NCBI RefSeq assembly: GCF_004010195.1
Contig: NC_057750.1
Span: 1,607,032-1,663,894, forward strand
DNA: 56,863 nucleotides
Source: Chiloscyllium plagiosum
Lineage: Eukaryota
Reading direction: 5' to 3'
Below are positions 11,905 to 24,135 of this stretch, piece after piece. Positions within the stretch are counted from its first letter, which is position 1, and every line of letters begins with the position of its first letter. Both the position numbers and the translations under genes were made by a program. Below the pieces are notes generated by a model that saw only the letters and a program-made list of their open reading frames with translations, was not told the origin of the DNA and did not search any database.

Positions 11905-14900
11905 TTACTATGGTCAAGTAAACAGGGGCATTAGTGCAATGTAGAGTAATGGGGCATTATTGCAATGTGGAGTAACAGGAGCTTTACTGCAATGTAGAGT
12001 AACAGGGACATGACTGCACTGTGCAGTAACAGGAGCATTACTGCAATGTGGAGTAACAGGAGCATTACTGTAATGTGGAGTAACAGGAGCTTTACTGCAC
12101 TGCGGAGTAACAGGAGCATTACTGCAATGTGGAGTAACAGGGACATTACTGCAATGCAGAGTAACAGGAGCTTTACTGCAATGTAGAGTAACAGGGACAT
12201 GACTGCACTGTGCAGTAACAGGAGCATTACTGCAATGTGGAGTAACAGGAGCATTACTGTAATGTGGAGTAACAGGAGCTTTACTGCAATGCGAAGTAAC
12301 AGGGGCATTACTGCACTGTGGAGTAACAGAAGCATTACTGTAATGTGGAGTAACAGGAGCTTTACTGCAATGTGGAGTAACAGGGGCATTACTGCACTGC
12401 GGAGTAACAGGAGCATTACTGCACTGCGGAGTAACAGGAGCATTACTGCAATGTGGAGTAACAGGAACGTTACTGCAATGCGGAGTAACAGGGGCATTAC
12501 TGCAAAGCAGAGTAACAGAAACATTACTGCAATGCGGAGTAACAGGGGCATTACTGCAATGCAGAGTAACAGGGTCATTACTGCAATGCGGAGTAACAGG
12601 AGCATTACTGCAATGTGGAGTAACAGGAGCATTACTGCAATGTGGAGTAACAGGAGCTTTACTGCAATGTGGAGGAACAGGGACATTACTGCACCGTGGA
12701 GTAACAGGAGCATTACTGCAATGTGGAGTAACAGGAGCTTTACTGCACTGCAGAGTAACAGGAGCTTTACTGCAATGTGGAGTAACAGGGACATTACTGC
12801 ACTGCGGAGTAACAGGAGCTTTACTGCAATGTGGAGTAACAGGGACATTACTGCACTGCGGAGTAACAGGGGCATTACTGCAATGCAGAATAACCGGGGC
12901 ATTACTGCAATGTGGAGTAACAGGAGCTTTACTGCACTGCGGAGTAACAGGAGCATTACTGCAATGTGGAGTAACAGGAGCTTTACTGCACTGCGGAGTA
13001 ACAGGAGCATTACTGCAATGTGGAGTAACAGGAGCTTTACTGCAATGTGGAGTAACAGGAGCTTTACTGCAATGTGGAGTAACAGGAGCTTTACTGCAAT
13101 GTGGAGTAACAGGAGCTTTACTGCAATGTGGAGTAACAGGAGCTTTACTGCACTGCGGAGTAACAGGAGCATTACTGCAATGCAGAGTAACAGGAACATT
13201 ACTGCAATGCAGCGTAACAGGGGCATTACTGCACTGCGGAGTAACAGGAGCTTTACTGCAATGTGGAGTAACAGGAGCATTACTGCACTGCGGAGTAACA
13301 GGAGCTTTACTGCAATGTGGAGTAACAGGAGCTTTACTGCAATGTGGAGTAACAGGGACGTTACTGCAATGCGGAGTAACAGGGGCATTACTGCAAAGCA
13401 GAGTAACAGAAACATTACTGCAATGCGGAGTAACAGGGGCATTACTGCAATGCGGAGTAACAGGAGCATTACTGCAATGTGGAGTAACAGGAGCATTACT
13501 GCAATGTGGAGTAACAGGAGCTTTACTGTAATGTGGAGTAACAGGAACATTACTGCACTGCGGAGTAACAGGGGCATTACTGCACTGAGGAGTAACAGGA
13601 GCTTTACTGCAATGTGGAGTAACAGGGACATTACTGCACTGCGGAGTAACAGGGACATTACCGCAATGCAGAATAACCGGGGCATTACTGCAATGTGGAG
13701 TAACAGGGGCATTACTGCAATGTGGAATAACAGGAGCATTACTGCACTGCTGAGTAACAGGAGCTTTACTGCAATGTGGAGTAACAGTGACATTACTGCA
13801 CTGTGGAATAACAGGGACATTACTGCACTGCGGAGTAACAGGGGCATTACTGCAATGCAGAGTAACAGGAGCTTTACTGCAATGTGGAGTAACCGGGACA
13901 TTACTGCAATGTGGAGTAACAGGGGCATTACTGCACTGCGGAGTAACAGGGACATTACTGCAATGCAGAATAACAGAGGCGTTTCTTCAATGTGGAGTAA
14001 CAGGGTCATTACTGCAATGCAGAGTAACAGGAGCATTACTGCAATGCAGAGTAACAGGAACATTACTGCAATGTGGAGTAACAGGGACATTACTGCACTG
14101 CGGAGTAACAGGGACATTACTGCAAAGTGGAGTAATAGGAGCTTTACTGCAATATGGAGTAACAGGGGCATTACTGCAATGCCGAGTAACAGAGGCATTT
14201 CTTCAATGTGGAGTAACAGGGTCATTACTGCAATGCAGAGTATACAGGGACATTTCTGCAGTGTGGAGTAACAGCGGTATTACTGCAATGTGGAATAACA
14301 GGGGCATTACTACAATGCAGAGTAACAGGAGCTTTACTGCAATGCAGAGTAACAGGGACATAACTGTAATGCAGAGAAACAGGGAAATTACTGCTTTGTG
14401 GAGTAACAGGAACATCACTGCAGTGCAGAGTAACAGCGGCATTACTTCAATGTGGAGTAACAGGGGCATTACTGCAATGTGGAGTAACAGCGGTATTACT
14501 GCAATGTGGAGTAACAGGGGCATTACTGTAATGCAGAGTAACAGGAGCATTACAGCAATGTGGAGTAACAGGGGTTTTACTGTAATGTGGAATAACAGGA
14601 ACTTGACTGCAATGCAGAGTAACAGCGGCATTACTTCAATGTGGCGTAACAGGGGCATTACTGCAATGTGGAGTAACAGGGGTATTACTGAAATGTGGAG
14701 TAACAGGAGCATTACTGCAACGTGGAGTAACTGGGGCTTTACTGTAATGTGGAGTAACAGAGCATTACTTGAATGTGGAGTAACAGGAGTAATACTGCAA
14801 TGTGGAGTAACAGGGACATTACTGCATGTGTAGTAACAGGGGCATTACTGCAATATGGAGAACAGGGGCATTACTGCAATATGGAGTAACAGAGGCATTA

Positions 14901-15425
14901 CTGTCATATGGAATAATAGGACATTATTGCAATGTGGATTAACAGGGGCATTACTGCAATGTTGGTTAACAGGGCATTGTGTAATGCACAATGCAGAGTA
15001 ACAGGGGTATTCCTGCAGTGTGGAGTAACAGGGACATTACTGCAATGTGGAGTAACAGGGGCATTACTGCAATGTGGAGAAACAGTGGCATTACTGCAAT
15101 GCAGAGTAACAGGGGCATTACTGCAGTGCTGAGTAACAGGAGCATTACTGCAATGCAGAGTAACAGGGGCATTTCTGTAGTGTGGAGTAACAGGGACATT
15201 ATTGTAATGCAGAGTAACAGGGCATTACTGCAATGCAGAGTAACGGGGCATTACTGCAAAGTGGAGTATTGGGGCATTACTGCAGTGCTGAGTAACAGGG
15301 GCATTACTGCAATGCAGCGTAACAGGAGCTTTACTGCAATGTAGAGTAACAGGGACATGACTGCACTGTGGAGTAATGGGGCATAACTGCAATGCTGAGT
15401 AACAGGAGCATTACTGCAGTGCTGG
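11905..15425. repeat. 27-bp minisatellite (TGGAGTAACAGGAGCATTACTGCAATG)n, about 130 copies
   Basis: Visible; 9-aa periodic ORFs (TAMWSNRSI); homogeneous core with degenerate right end. Confidence 0.97.
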
Positions 15426-15761
15426 GAAATACTGCCAACCACGTTGCTAAGCATCTGGAGTTACATGCAGTCCAGTCGAGGTAAGGATGGCAGTTCCTAT
15501 CCCTAAAGGACATTAGTGACCTAGACAATGGTTTGATAGTCATCACCAGACTCTTCATTCCAGATTTTTTACTGAAATTAGCATTAACACTCTCACTGAC
15601 ATCCTGATGATGCAAAGAATGTGATGGAGAGTTCCATTGGAGATATTTCCACATGTTCACGCAGATATGTAAACATTACAAACCAATTTACCTTCCGGGT
15701 TACGTGTATTGAAGGTTTTTGTTGGTGTTCTTAATCCACTAGTTGCTAGGTGATTAATAGG

Positions 15762-16095
15762 GTGGCATGGTGGCTCAGTGGTTAACACTGGTACCTCACA
15801 GCACCAGGGACCCGGGTTCAATTCCAGCCTCGGGCAACTGTCTGTGTGGAGTTTGCACATTCTCCCCGTGTCTGCGTGGGTTTCCTCCGGGTGCTCCAGT
15901 TTCCTCACACAATCCAAAGTTGTGCAGGTCAGGGTGGATTCATCATGTAAAATTGCCCATAGTGTTAGATGTATTAGTCAGGGATAAATACAGGGTAGGG
16001 GACTGGGTCTGGGTGGATTACTCTTGGGAGGGTTGGTGTGGACTTATTGGGCCAAATGGCCTGTTTCCACACTGTAGGGAATCTAACCTAATATC
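15762..16095 (+). mobile_element. HE1 V-SINE
   Basis: Same head, V-domain and tail as the 11172 copy. Confidence 0.9.
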
Positions 16096-16794
16096 AATAA
16101 GGTGAAGAAGTTGGATATTGTGGGTCTAAAAAAGTGATAGTTGGTGCATTGGTTTTAATGTTCCAAAGTCCCCTTTTAGATTGAAAACTGCAAATGTAAG
16201 TCTGTTAGTTAAAAAAATGGAAGGCGATAGAAAGCAGGAAGCTGCAGGTCGGTTGGTTAATGCCTTGGGAAAAATGTTCAAAGCCTTTACTTAAATAGTT
16301 TTGATAGGACACCCAGATACATGTAAGAGAATCAGGCAGAGTCCACATGGTTTTGTGAAAGGAAATTATAATTAACCAATTTATTGGCGTTCTTTGATGA
16401 AGAACCACATATTATAGGTAAAGGGGAATCAGCCAAGGAATAGAGCTGCTACATCAAAGTTTTTACGGAAAATCAAACCCCCTGGTGTAAAGGGTCACAC
16501 AGTGGCATGGCTAGAAGTTTGGCTTGACAACAGGAAGTAGAGACTAGGCCTATGTATTTGTTTCCAGGTTGCCCAGTTATAACACTGATGTGCCACTGGG
16601 AGCAGTGCTGGCACCTCAAATGTTTGCAATTGATATCAATGACCTGGATATCAGGATAGAAGGGCTGGTCGCTGATTGCACAAGGAAAGAAAGTTGTAAG
16701 GAGAACATAAAATAGCTACAAAAATATACTGGTAGGTTATGGAGTGGGCAAGGATCTCGCAAATGGAGTATATTGTGGAAATATGTGAACATAT

Positions 16795-17335
16795 GGGGAG
16801 ACAATGGCTTATTACTGCTGGACTGCTAATCCAGAGCCCAGACAATGTTCCAGGGTCCTGGGTTCGATTCCTACAGATGGTGGAATTTATATTCAATAAA
16901 AATCTGGAATTAAGAGTCTAATTATCATGAAACTGTTGGGAAAACCCCATCTGGTTCAGTACGGCTTGTTCTGTTAATAACGCGCATTTCTTCAATGTCA
17001 ATTGGCTATAACAGATTGATGAATTGTGGACACAGTTTAAATGACACGAACTTTCTGCTGAATGGATATAGAGACCTCCTACAGCGTAACTTCCTACAGC
17101 ATGACTTCTGACAGTGGATTTCCACAGCACGAAGTTACAGAGGAACACAACTGTTGCGTTATAGCTGAATGACCTGTAATGTCCTTTAGGGATGGAAACA
17201 GCCATCCCTACCTAGTCTGGACTCCATGTGACTCCTGACCCACTGCAATGTGGTTGGCTGTTATCTTCCCTGGGGATGGAAAGTAAATGCAGGCCTGGCC
17301 AGCAGCATTCTCATCCCACGAATGAATTTATTTTT
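16795..17335 (+). mobile_element. Second SINE family (tRNA-like head; ...ggaattaaga...ctggtct...aaatgc(a/t)ggcctggcc tail) hosting a MITE
   Basis: Matches the copy at 42970-43555 and minus fragments at 15455-15590, 19135-19300 and 23535-23700. Confidence 0.75.
16962..17176. mobile_element. Tc1/mariner(pogo/Tigger)-type MITE
   Basis: TA on both sides; imperfect TIRs cggcttgttctgttaataacgc / reverse complement caggtcattcagctataacgc; empty site ggtcacTAatgcccttt seen at about 43066-43082. Confidence 0.7.
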
Positions 17336-17634
17336 TAAGTTGTCCATTCTGAGAGGCAAAATGAAAATCGAGCATCTTACCTAAATAGTGAGAGATTGTG
17401 GAGAGGAGTCTGGGCGTCCTGGTGCATGGATCACACAAGGTTAGTCTGCAGGAACAGCAAGCAATCAGGGAAGCTCACAGAATGTGATTTAGTGAAAGGA
17501 GAATTGAATACAAAAACAGGGAGATTATAGAGGGCACCGATAGGGACCACAATCAAAGCACAATGGTCAGTTTATTTAAGAAAGAGCATAAACAAATTGG
17601 AGGCAGTTCAGAAAAGATTTATTAGAATAGTACA

Positions 17635-17920
17635 GGGCGGTGTGGTGGCTAGCACTGCTGCCTCACAGCACCAGGAACCCAGGTTCGATTCCAGCCTCAG
17701 GGTGACTGTCTGTGTGGAGTTGGCACATTCTCCCCGTGTCTGCGTGGGTTTCCTCACACAGTCCAAAGATGTGCAGGTCAGGTGAACTGGCCATTCTAAA
17801 CTGCCCATAGCGTTAGGTGCATTAGTCAGAGAGAAATGGGTCTGGGTGGGTTACTCTTTGGAGGGTCGGTATGGACTTGTTGGGCCAAAGGGCCTGTTTC
17901 CACACTGTAGGGAATCTAAT
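17635..17920 (+). mobile_element. HE1 V-SINE
   Basis: Head, V-domain and tail match the other copies. Confidence 0.88.
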
Positions 17921-19417
17921 GCAAGTATCTCGGATTGGGTAGGCTGTCTAAGGGAAATGTTGGAGTTGGCTAGGCTTGTGTCTGCTGGAGTTTGGAAAGT
18001 ATGAGGGCCCTTGATTGAATCAGAGAAGATCAGAGAGATTTTGATAGCAGGGGGAGGATGCTGAAGGATCTGGAGCTAGATGGTCACTGTTTATAAATCC
18101 AAACAAGGTAGTGAGAACAAACACTGTGATAATTTTTAAAGGAGAGGTGAATAGATTCTCATTAAGAAAGAGGGTGAAGGGTTATCGGAATGTGGATTCG
18201 ACGTTGCAGTCAGATCAGACGTACCTTATTGAACAGGCTCAAGGGGCTGAATGGCCTGTTAGTCTGTAAAATGCAGAAGTGATTAAAACTGGATATTGTC
18301 CATTCAATCCAATAAATCCAGTCAGGAATGCCAGAGAAATCTCTTACCCCAGAGAGCAGGAGAGTATGGAACCCACACTCAATGGGAGGGTTCTAGGTCA
18401 GCAATGTCGATCTATTGAAGGGGTTAGCTGGAGCTCAACACGAGGAGGCAAGGGAAATGAAGGAGAAACTGGAAGGGTGAGATGAAGAGGGATTGGGAGG
18501 AAGCTTGTGAAGAGCAGGATCACCAACGTGGAGCAGATGGGCCAAATGGTTGGTTTCTGTGCTGGAAATTCCAACTCATCCTATTCAGCTTGTGCACAAA
18601 GATGTACCTGAGTTACTCTCTCAGCGTGTTGCATGGGCTTGCTGAGCCGAGGACTGCAGCAGTTTGAAAAGCACTGCAGAGTTCAGGAAAAACTCTTCAA
18701 TTTCCATCAAATCCATTGCAGAGAGTAGGCAGTGGAAAGGTCAGCTCTGTGACAGAAAGGTGAGCTATGCAGCTGATGATTTAAAACACTCCATGACAGA
18801 AACAGCCTCCAGTTATCCTTTGGTTAGTGCCTGACTACTGAAGTAGTACAAACACGGAAACTAGGAGCAGCAATGGCCAGTTGACCCCTCAAACCTGCTC
18901 CATTGTTCAATAAGATCACATCTGATTTGGTTTTGTTGCAGGTTCCACCCTCCCAGCCCAGCTGCCCCCTCGGTGCCCCTGGCCCTACTCACTCTCACCT
19001 TCAAAAATTCAATAACGCCCTCCCCCCCGCACACACCTCCGTCTGAGGCAGAGAGTTCCAAAGTCACACAAGCCTCTTTAAAAAAAAGCAGGAATTGCTG
19101 GAGAAACTCAGCAGGTCTGGCAGCATCTCTCTCTTTATTCATTCACGGCAGAGGGTGTCACTGGCTGGGCCAACATTTATTGCCCATCCCTAATTACGCG
19201 GGGGGCAGTTAAGAATCGACCCCATTGCCATGGGTCTGGAGTTACGTGTAGACCAGACCAGTAAGGATGGCAGTTTCCTTCCCTGAAGGATATGAGTGAG
19301 TCTGGGGACAGAGAAACAGAGTTAACGTTTCGGGTCTGGACTGACTTCATCAGATCCTTGACAGATGCGTTCTGTGTTCAGGAGTCACACAGGACTCAAA
19401 ACGTTAACTCTCTCTCT

Positions 19418-19982
19418 GATATCACATTACATTAGCGGAGGTGCTGGAGGTCTTAAAACGGATAAAGGTGAATAAATCTCCAGAACCTGTACCCCAGGCA
19501 TTGTGCGAAGATAAGGAGGAAATTGCAGGGCCCCTTGCGGAGATATACGGGAGAGGAGAGGACTGGAGGATGGCTAACGTTGTGCCTTTATTTAAGAAAG
19601 ACTGTAAGGAAAAGCCAGGGATCTATAGAGCAGAGAGCCTGACATCAGTGGTGAGTATGTTGTTGGAGAGGATTCTGTGGAGCAGGATTTACATGCATTA
19701 GGAAAGGCAAGGAGTGATTAGGGATCGTCAGCATGGCTTTGTGTGTGGGAAATCGCATCTCACAAACTTGAATTAGTTTTTTGAAGACATGATGAAGAAG
19801 GTTGATGAGGGCAGAGAGGTTGACATTATCTACGTGGACTTCAGTAAAGCCTTTGAGAAGGTTGCACAGGGTATGCAGGTTAGTAAAGTAAGATCACATG
19901 GGATCCAGGAGGATTGAGCCAATTAGATACAAAACTGACTTGACAGTAGGAGACAGAGGGTGAGGTGGAGGGCTGTTTGTCC
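19418..19982 (+). mobile_element. CR1 ORF2 reverse-transcriptase fragment
   Basis: DWRMANVVPLFKK...PGIYRAESLTSVV, followed by QHGF and YVDFSKAF motifs. Confidence 0.9.
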
Positions 19983-20470
19983 TGAGAGGCCTATTCTTTC
20001 CCTCGTGGCTCTTTTGACCTTAATGACCTCTGGCGGCTCCTGCACCCCTTTGTGAATTTGTTACTAACGTTCCGAGACCTGCTTGACTCTGGCACTAGGG
20101 AGGCAACACACCATCCTGGAGTCTTGCTCACAGCCGCAGAAACACCAGTCTGTGCCCCTGACTGGACAGTCCCCAATCACCCCATTCGCTTGAACCTTGA
20201 CAAACTCCACCCAACAGAAGATTCAGTTGTGGTGCCCAAACGCCATTGCTGTTTCCCTCTGAGAAGCTGTACCCCACCTCCCCCAAAAACTGTCTCCAAA
20301 CGGTATATTTGTTTGAGAGAGGGATAGTCACAGGAGACTCCTACAGTACCTGCCACCTCTACTGACAGTCACCCATCTACCTGACTACCTGTGGGTGTGC
20401 CCACCTCTCTGAAGCTGCTATCCATCCCACTCTGTGGCACCTGTATGCCCCTCAGTGACACTAACTGCCT
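19983..20470 (-). mobile_element. CR1 ORF1 (esterase) fragment
   Basis: Minus strand TIPLSNKY... and DSRMVCCLPSAR, homologous to 54200-54460. Confidence 0.75.
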
Positions 20471-20664
20471 CTCTAACTACGCCCGTCCCCTGAAGAGACT
20501 GTACAACACAGGCCTGCCTTTCTACAAGCTCCCTCAGTACTGAGTCTTCACAGTGAGTGTCAGCAAGTGATTCGACTGCCTGGCCCTTCACAGTATAACC
20601 TATACACATACACAACGGGTGTCAATAAAGGCAACAGTGGCTAACATTGCTTTGTCACAGTGCA

Positions 20665-21705
20665 CATAACAGGGCATGACTGCACTGCAGGGTAACACGG
20701 TAATACTGCAGGGCAGGGTAACGGGGTAATACTGCAGTGCAGAGTAATGGGGGTAATACTGCAGGGCAGGGGAACAGGGTAATACTGCAGGGCAGAGTAA
20801 CGGGGGTAATACTGCAGTGCAGGGTAAAGGGGTAATACTGCAGTGCAGAGTAACGGGGGTAATACTGCAGGGCAGGGGAACAGGGTAATACTGCAGTGCA
20901 GAGTAATGGGGGTAATACTGCAGGGCAGGGTAATGGGGTAATACTGCAGTGCAGAGTAACAGGGGTAATACTGCAGTGCAGGGTAACGGGGTAATACTGC
21001 AGTGCAGAGTAATGGGGGTAATACTGCAGGGCAGGGGAACAGGGTAATACTGCAGTGCAGAGTAACGGGCGTAATACTGCAGGGCAGGGGAACAGGGTAA
21101 TACTGCAGTGCAGAGTAATGGGGGTAATACTGCAGGGCAGGGTAACGGGGTAATACTGCAGGACAGGGGAACAGGGTAATACTGCAGTGCAGGGTAATGG
21201 GGTATTACTGCAGGGCAGAGTAATGGGGGTAATACTGCAGGGCAGGGGAACAGGGTAATACTGCAGGGCAGGGTAACGGGGTAATACTGCAGTGCAGGGT
21301 TACGGGGTAATACTGCAGGGCAGGGGAATAGGGTAATACTGCAGGGCAGAGTAATGGGGGTAATACTGCAGGGCAGAGTAACGGGGGTAATACTGCAGGG
21401 CAGGGTAACAGGGTAATACTGCAGTGCAGGGTAATGGGGGTAATACTGCAGTACAGGGTATTGGGTGTAAAACTGCAGGGCAGGTTAATGGGAGTAATAC
21501 TGCAGGGCAGGGTAACAGGGTAATACTGCAGGGCAGGGTAATGGGGGTAATACTGCAGTACAGGGTAACGGGGTAATACTGCAGTGCAGGGTAACGGGGT
21601 AATACTGCAGGGCAGGGTAACGGGGTAATACTGCAGGGCAGGGTAACGGGGGTAATACTGCAGTGCAGGGTGATTATGTGCATTAACCACAGTGCAGGGT
21701 AATAG
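20665..21705. repeat. 26/27-bp minisatellite (GGGTAATACTGCAG[G/T]GCAG[A/G]GTAACG)n, about 38 copies
   Basis: Visible; related in sequence to the 27-bp array at 11905. Confidence 0.95.
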
Positions 21706-21842
21706 TGTTCACTCACTCTATGCTGCTCACTAACCCTTAGATGTATAAGACAGTATTTATGTCATTTACTCACTCAGTTCATGGTGTTGAGTTCCAGTCT
21801 GTATCTCTCCTGCTGGGGCCTTTCTGATTTGTTTGTATTCAG

Positions 21843-22020
21843 TTACAGGTGGCAAGTCTGAAACAGAAATCAGACAGAACATTGTCATTGAAATCAATGA
21901 TCTATCCAGGACAGGTGCAGGCAACGTATCCCCCTCTGCAGGGTCTTCACGACCGGATCTCAGCTGGGATTCCCAGGATTGTAGTGTCACACACTGCCAC
22001 AGTCCCAAAGACAGTCTGCG
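21843..22020 (+). CDS. Candidate internal coding exon of an unidentified gene (VTGGKSETEIRQNIVIEINDLSRT...SPKDSLR)
   Basis: Pyrimidine-rich acceptor ttctgatttgtttgtattcAG, open frame, consensus donor CG|GTGAGT, non-repetitive sequence. Confidence 0.45.
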
Positions 22021-22164
22021 GTGAGTGAGGGAGTGAGTGAGCTAGCACTGTCTCCCCCAGAAATTGTAACCTTTGTTCATTTCCTCAGCACCATCATGAA
22101 GAAAGGCCCGTTTGGAACTCAACAGCCTGGACCCAAACAGTGTGACCCCCACCTCCCCCCAATG

Positions 22165-22360
22165 TCAGTGAACCCCAAGACCAGACACAGCTCCCAGAAC
22201 AGACACTGACAGTGAACCCCAAAACCAGTCACAGCCCCCAGAACAGACACTGACAGTGAACCCCAAAACACCACACAGCCCCAGAACAGACACTGACAGT
22301 GAACCCCAAAATCCCTCACAGCCCCAGAACAGACACTAACAGTGAACCCTGAACCCAGAC
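22165..22360. repeat. About 43-bp tandem repeat, 4 copies
   Basis: cagtgaaccccaaaac...cacagccccagaacagacactga. Confidence 0.85.
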
Positions 22361-23044
22361 TCCAAGTCTGGTCCTGCTGTAAGCCTGGACAAGGGGAGTC
22401 TTATCCAGTTCCTCACCCAAACTGGATCTAAAACCACAAGAGGGTGAGCTCCCTGAAAACCAGAGACAATTCTTACATTAACTTTTTCGATCCTTTCAGC
22501 TTACTTGCTGAGGACATAACAGTCGACACAGATGAGAGTGATTTCACAGGGTCTTCCAATTCGGTTAATCTATTCCTTGACATCATAAAAGCCCTTATAT
22601 TGTGACTTATGAAACCTTTTTGAGAATATTAAATTATTCCCGTCACAGACTTTCCTTAAAAGATGCCGCAATATCGATTTTGTGTCATTTCCACTTCATA
22701 GTGAGATTAAGACTGATCTCGATCCTGACTCCCAACAGCTTTAATTTGCCATTCATCACAATTAATGTCCTTTTGATCGTGTTGACAAATCATTTGAATA
22801 AAATAAATGTTTAAAGGAAAGGCTGAGTGATCATACAAAACACCTTAAAAACAACACATTTCAATCTCAAACATAAAAACAACCATGAAACTATTGAAAC
22901 GCGCTTTTAAGAAATTCTTCAGTGTTGTCAAAGTACTCAGAGAGCTTTAGATAAAATTAATGACTTGATAAACCTGGCTTTTTTGTGGCCATTTACAATA
23001 AAGTATTCCACAAAACACACACCACAGCAAGCACTTGCAATGAG

Positions 23045-23890
23045 TTAGAGAGACCGCACCGTCAAATGTGGCATCTTTCTGATGTGACCTTAAACCTGTG
23101 GCCCTTTCGGAAAGTTGCAAAGAGCTGGGGCTTTCTTCCTGGCCAATAGCTATCCCTTAGCCACTAACACAAAAAGCAGATGATCAGGTCGTTCTCATTA
23201 TCGCTGCCTTGTTAAAATGCATTCACTGGATGTGGGCTTTATCAGTGGATCCAGCATTTGCTGTGGGTGAGGAGTGAGGTTGAACTGTCTTCCTGAGCCA
23301 CTGCAGTCCACTCGGTGCAGGGAGACCCAACATAAATCCCGAGATTCTTTCGGGATTTCCGACCATAAAGGAACAGCGATATATTTCCAAGGTGGGATGG
23401 TGAGGGGCTCGGAGGGGAACTTGGTGGTGTTCCCATGTATCTGCTGCCCTTGTCCTTCTAGATGAGTGATCATGGGTTTGGAAGGTGCTGTCTGAGGATC
23501 TTTGGTGGTGATTTTCTGTGTTATATCTTGTAGCCCAGACCAAGTGAGGATGTCAGATTTCCTTCCCTAAAGGACATAAGCTACCCAGATGGATCTTTGC
23601 AATAATCTTTCGCAATTATCCTCTCATTCCAGACCCTTTTTTTTAATCTTCATCGTGGTGAGATTTGAACCCAGGTGCCCAGGTCATTACATGACTGTAC
23701 CAAATGCTCATCCAGCAACAACACCACAAGATCATGACCAGCTCATGAGAGCTTACTGTGCACAGATCAGCTGATCCCCCCATCCCCCACTCCCGCTCAC
23801 CCCCACCACAACCCCCACCCCTGTTTCTACATTAAAGCAGGAACTTTAAAGCACTTTATGGCAGTGAAAGGCGCTATACAAATGAAAGGC
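23045..23890 (+). mobile_element. Diverged DeuSINE (SacSINE1-like) split by a minus-strand LINE/SINE insert at about 23215-23735
   Basis: Recalled Deu-domain-like words tctttctgatgtgaccttaaacc, tcctggccaata..tatccct and cagatgatcaggtc, plus tail gtgaaaggcgctatacaaatg. Confidence 0.55.
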
Positions 23891-23927
23891 TGGCTATCTC
23901 TAGCATAAGTCTGTTTGTTCATTATGT

Positions 23928-24135
23928 TTTGAGAGTGTGGCGCTGGAAAAGCACAGCAGGTCAGGCAGCATCTGAGGAGCAGGAGATTCGATGTTTTTGG
24001 GCTTGATTCCTGATGAAGGGATCCTGCCCGAAACGTTAACTCTCCTGCTCCTCGGATGCTGCCCGACCTGCTGTGCTTTTCCAGCATCACACTCTCGACT
24101 CTGAGCTCCAGCATTTGCAGTCCTCACTTTCCCCT
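23928..24135. mobile_element. Fold-back Penelope-like short element (family A)
   Basis: Inverted arms; CTGATGA-A-GGG-atcctg-CCC-GAAA-CGTT at 24010-24037. Confidence 0.8.

Larger units (their letters stand above)
16100..18265 (+). mobile_element. Old, heavily decayed CR1 ORF2 with nested SINE/MITE insertions
   Basis: Traces such as catggttttgtgaaaggaaat (QHGF region), gtgccactgggagcagtgctgg (VPQGSVLG region) and the 3' tail ggctcaaggggctgaatggcct. Confidence 0.65.

Noticed and set aside
11931..14833. 690-764 aa ORFs
   Set aside because: 27-bp minisatellite open on both strands; frames break where the array degenerates
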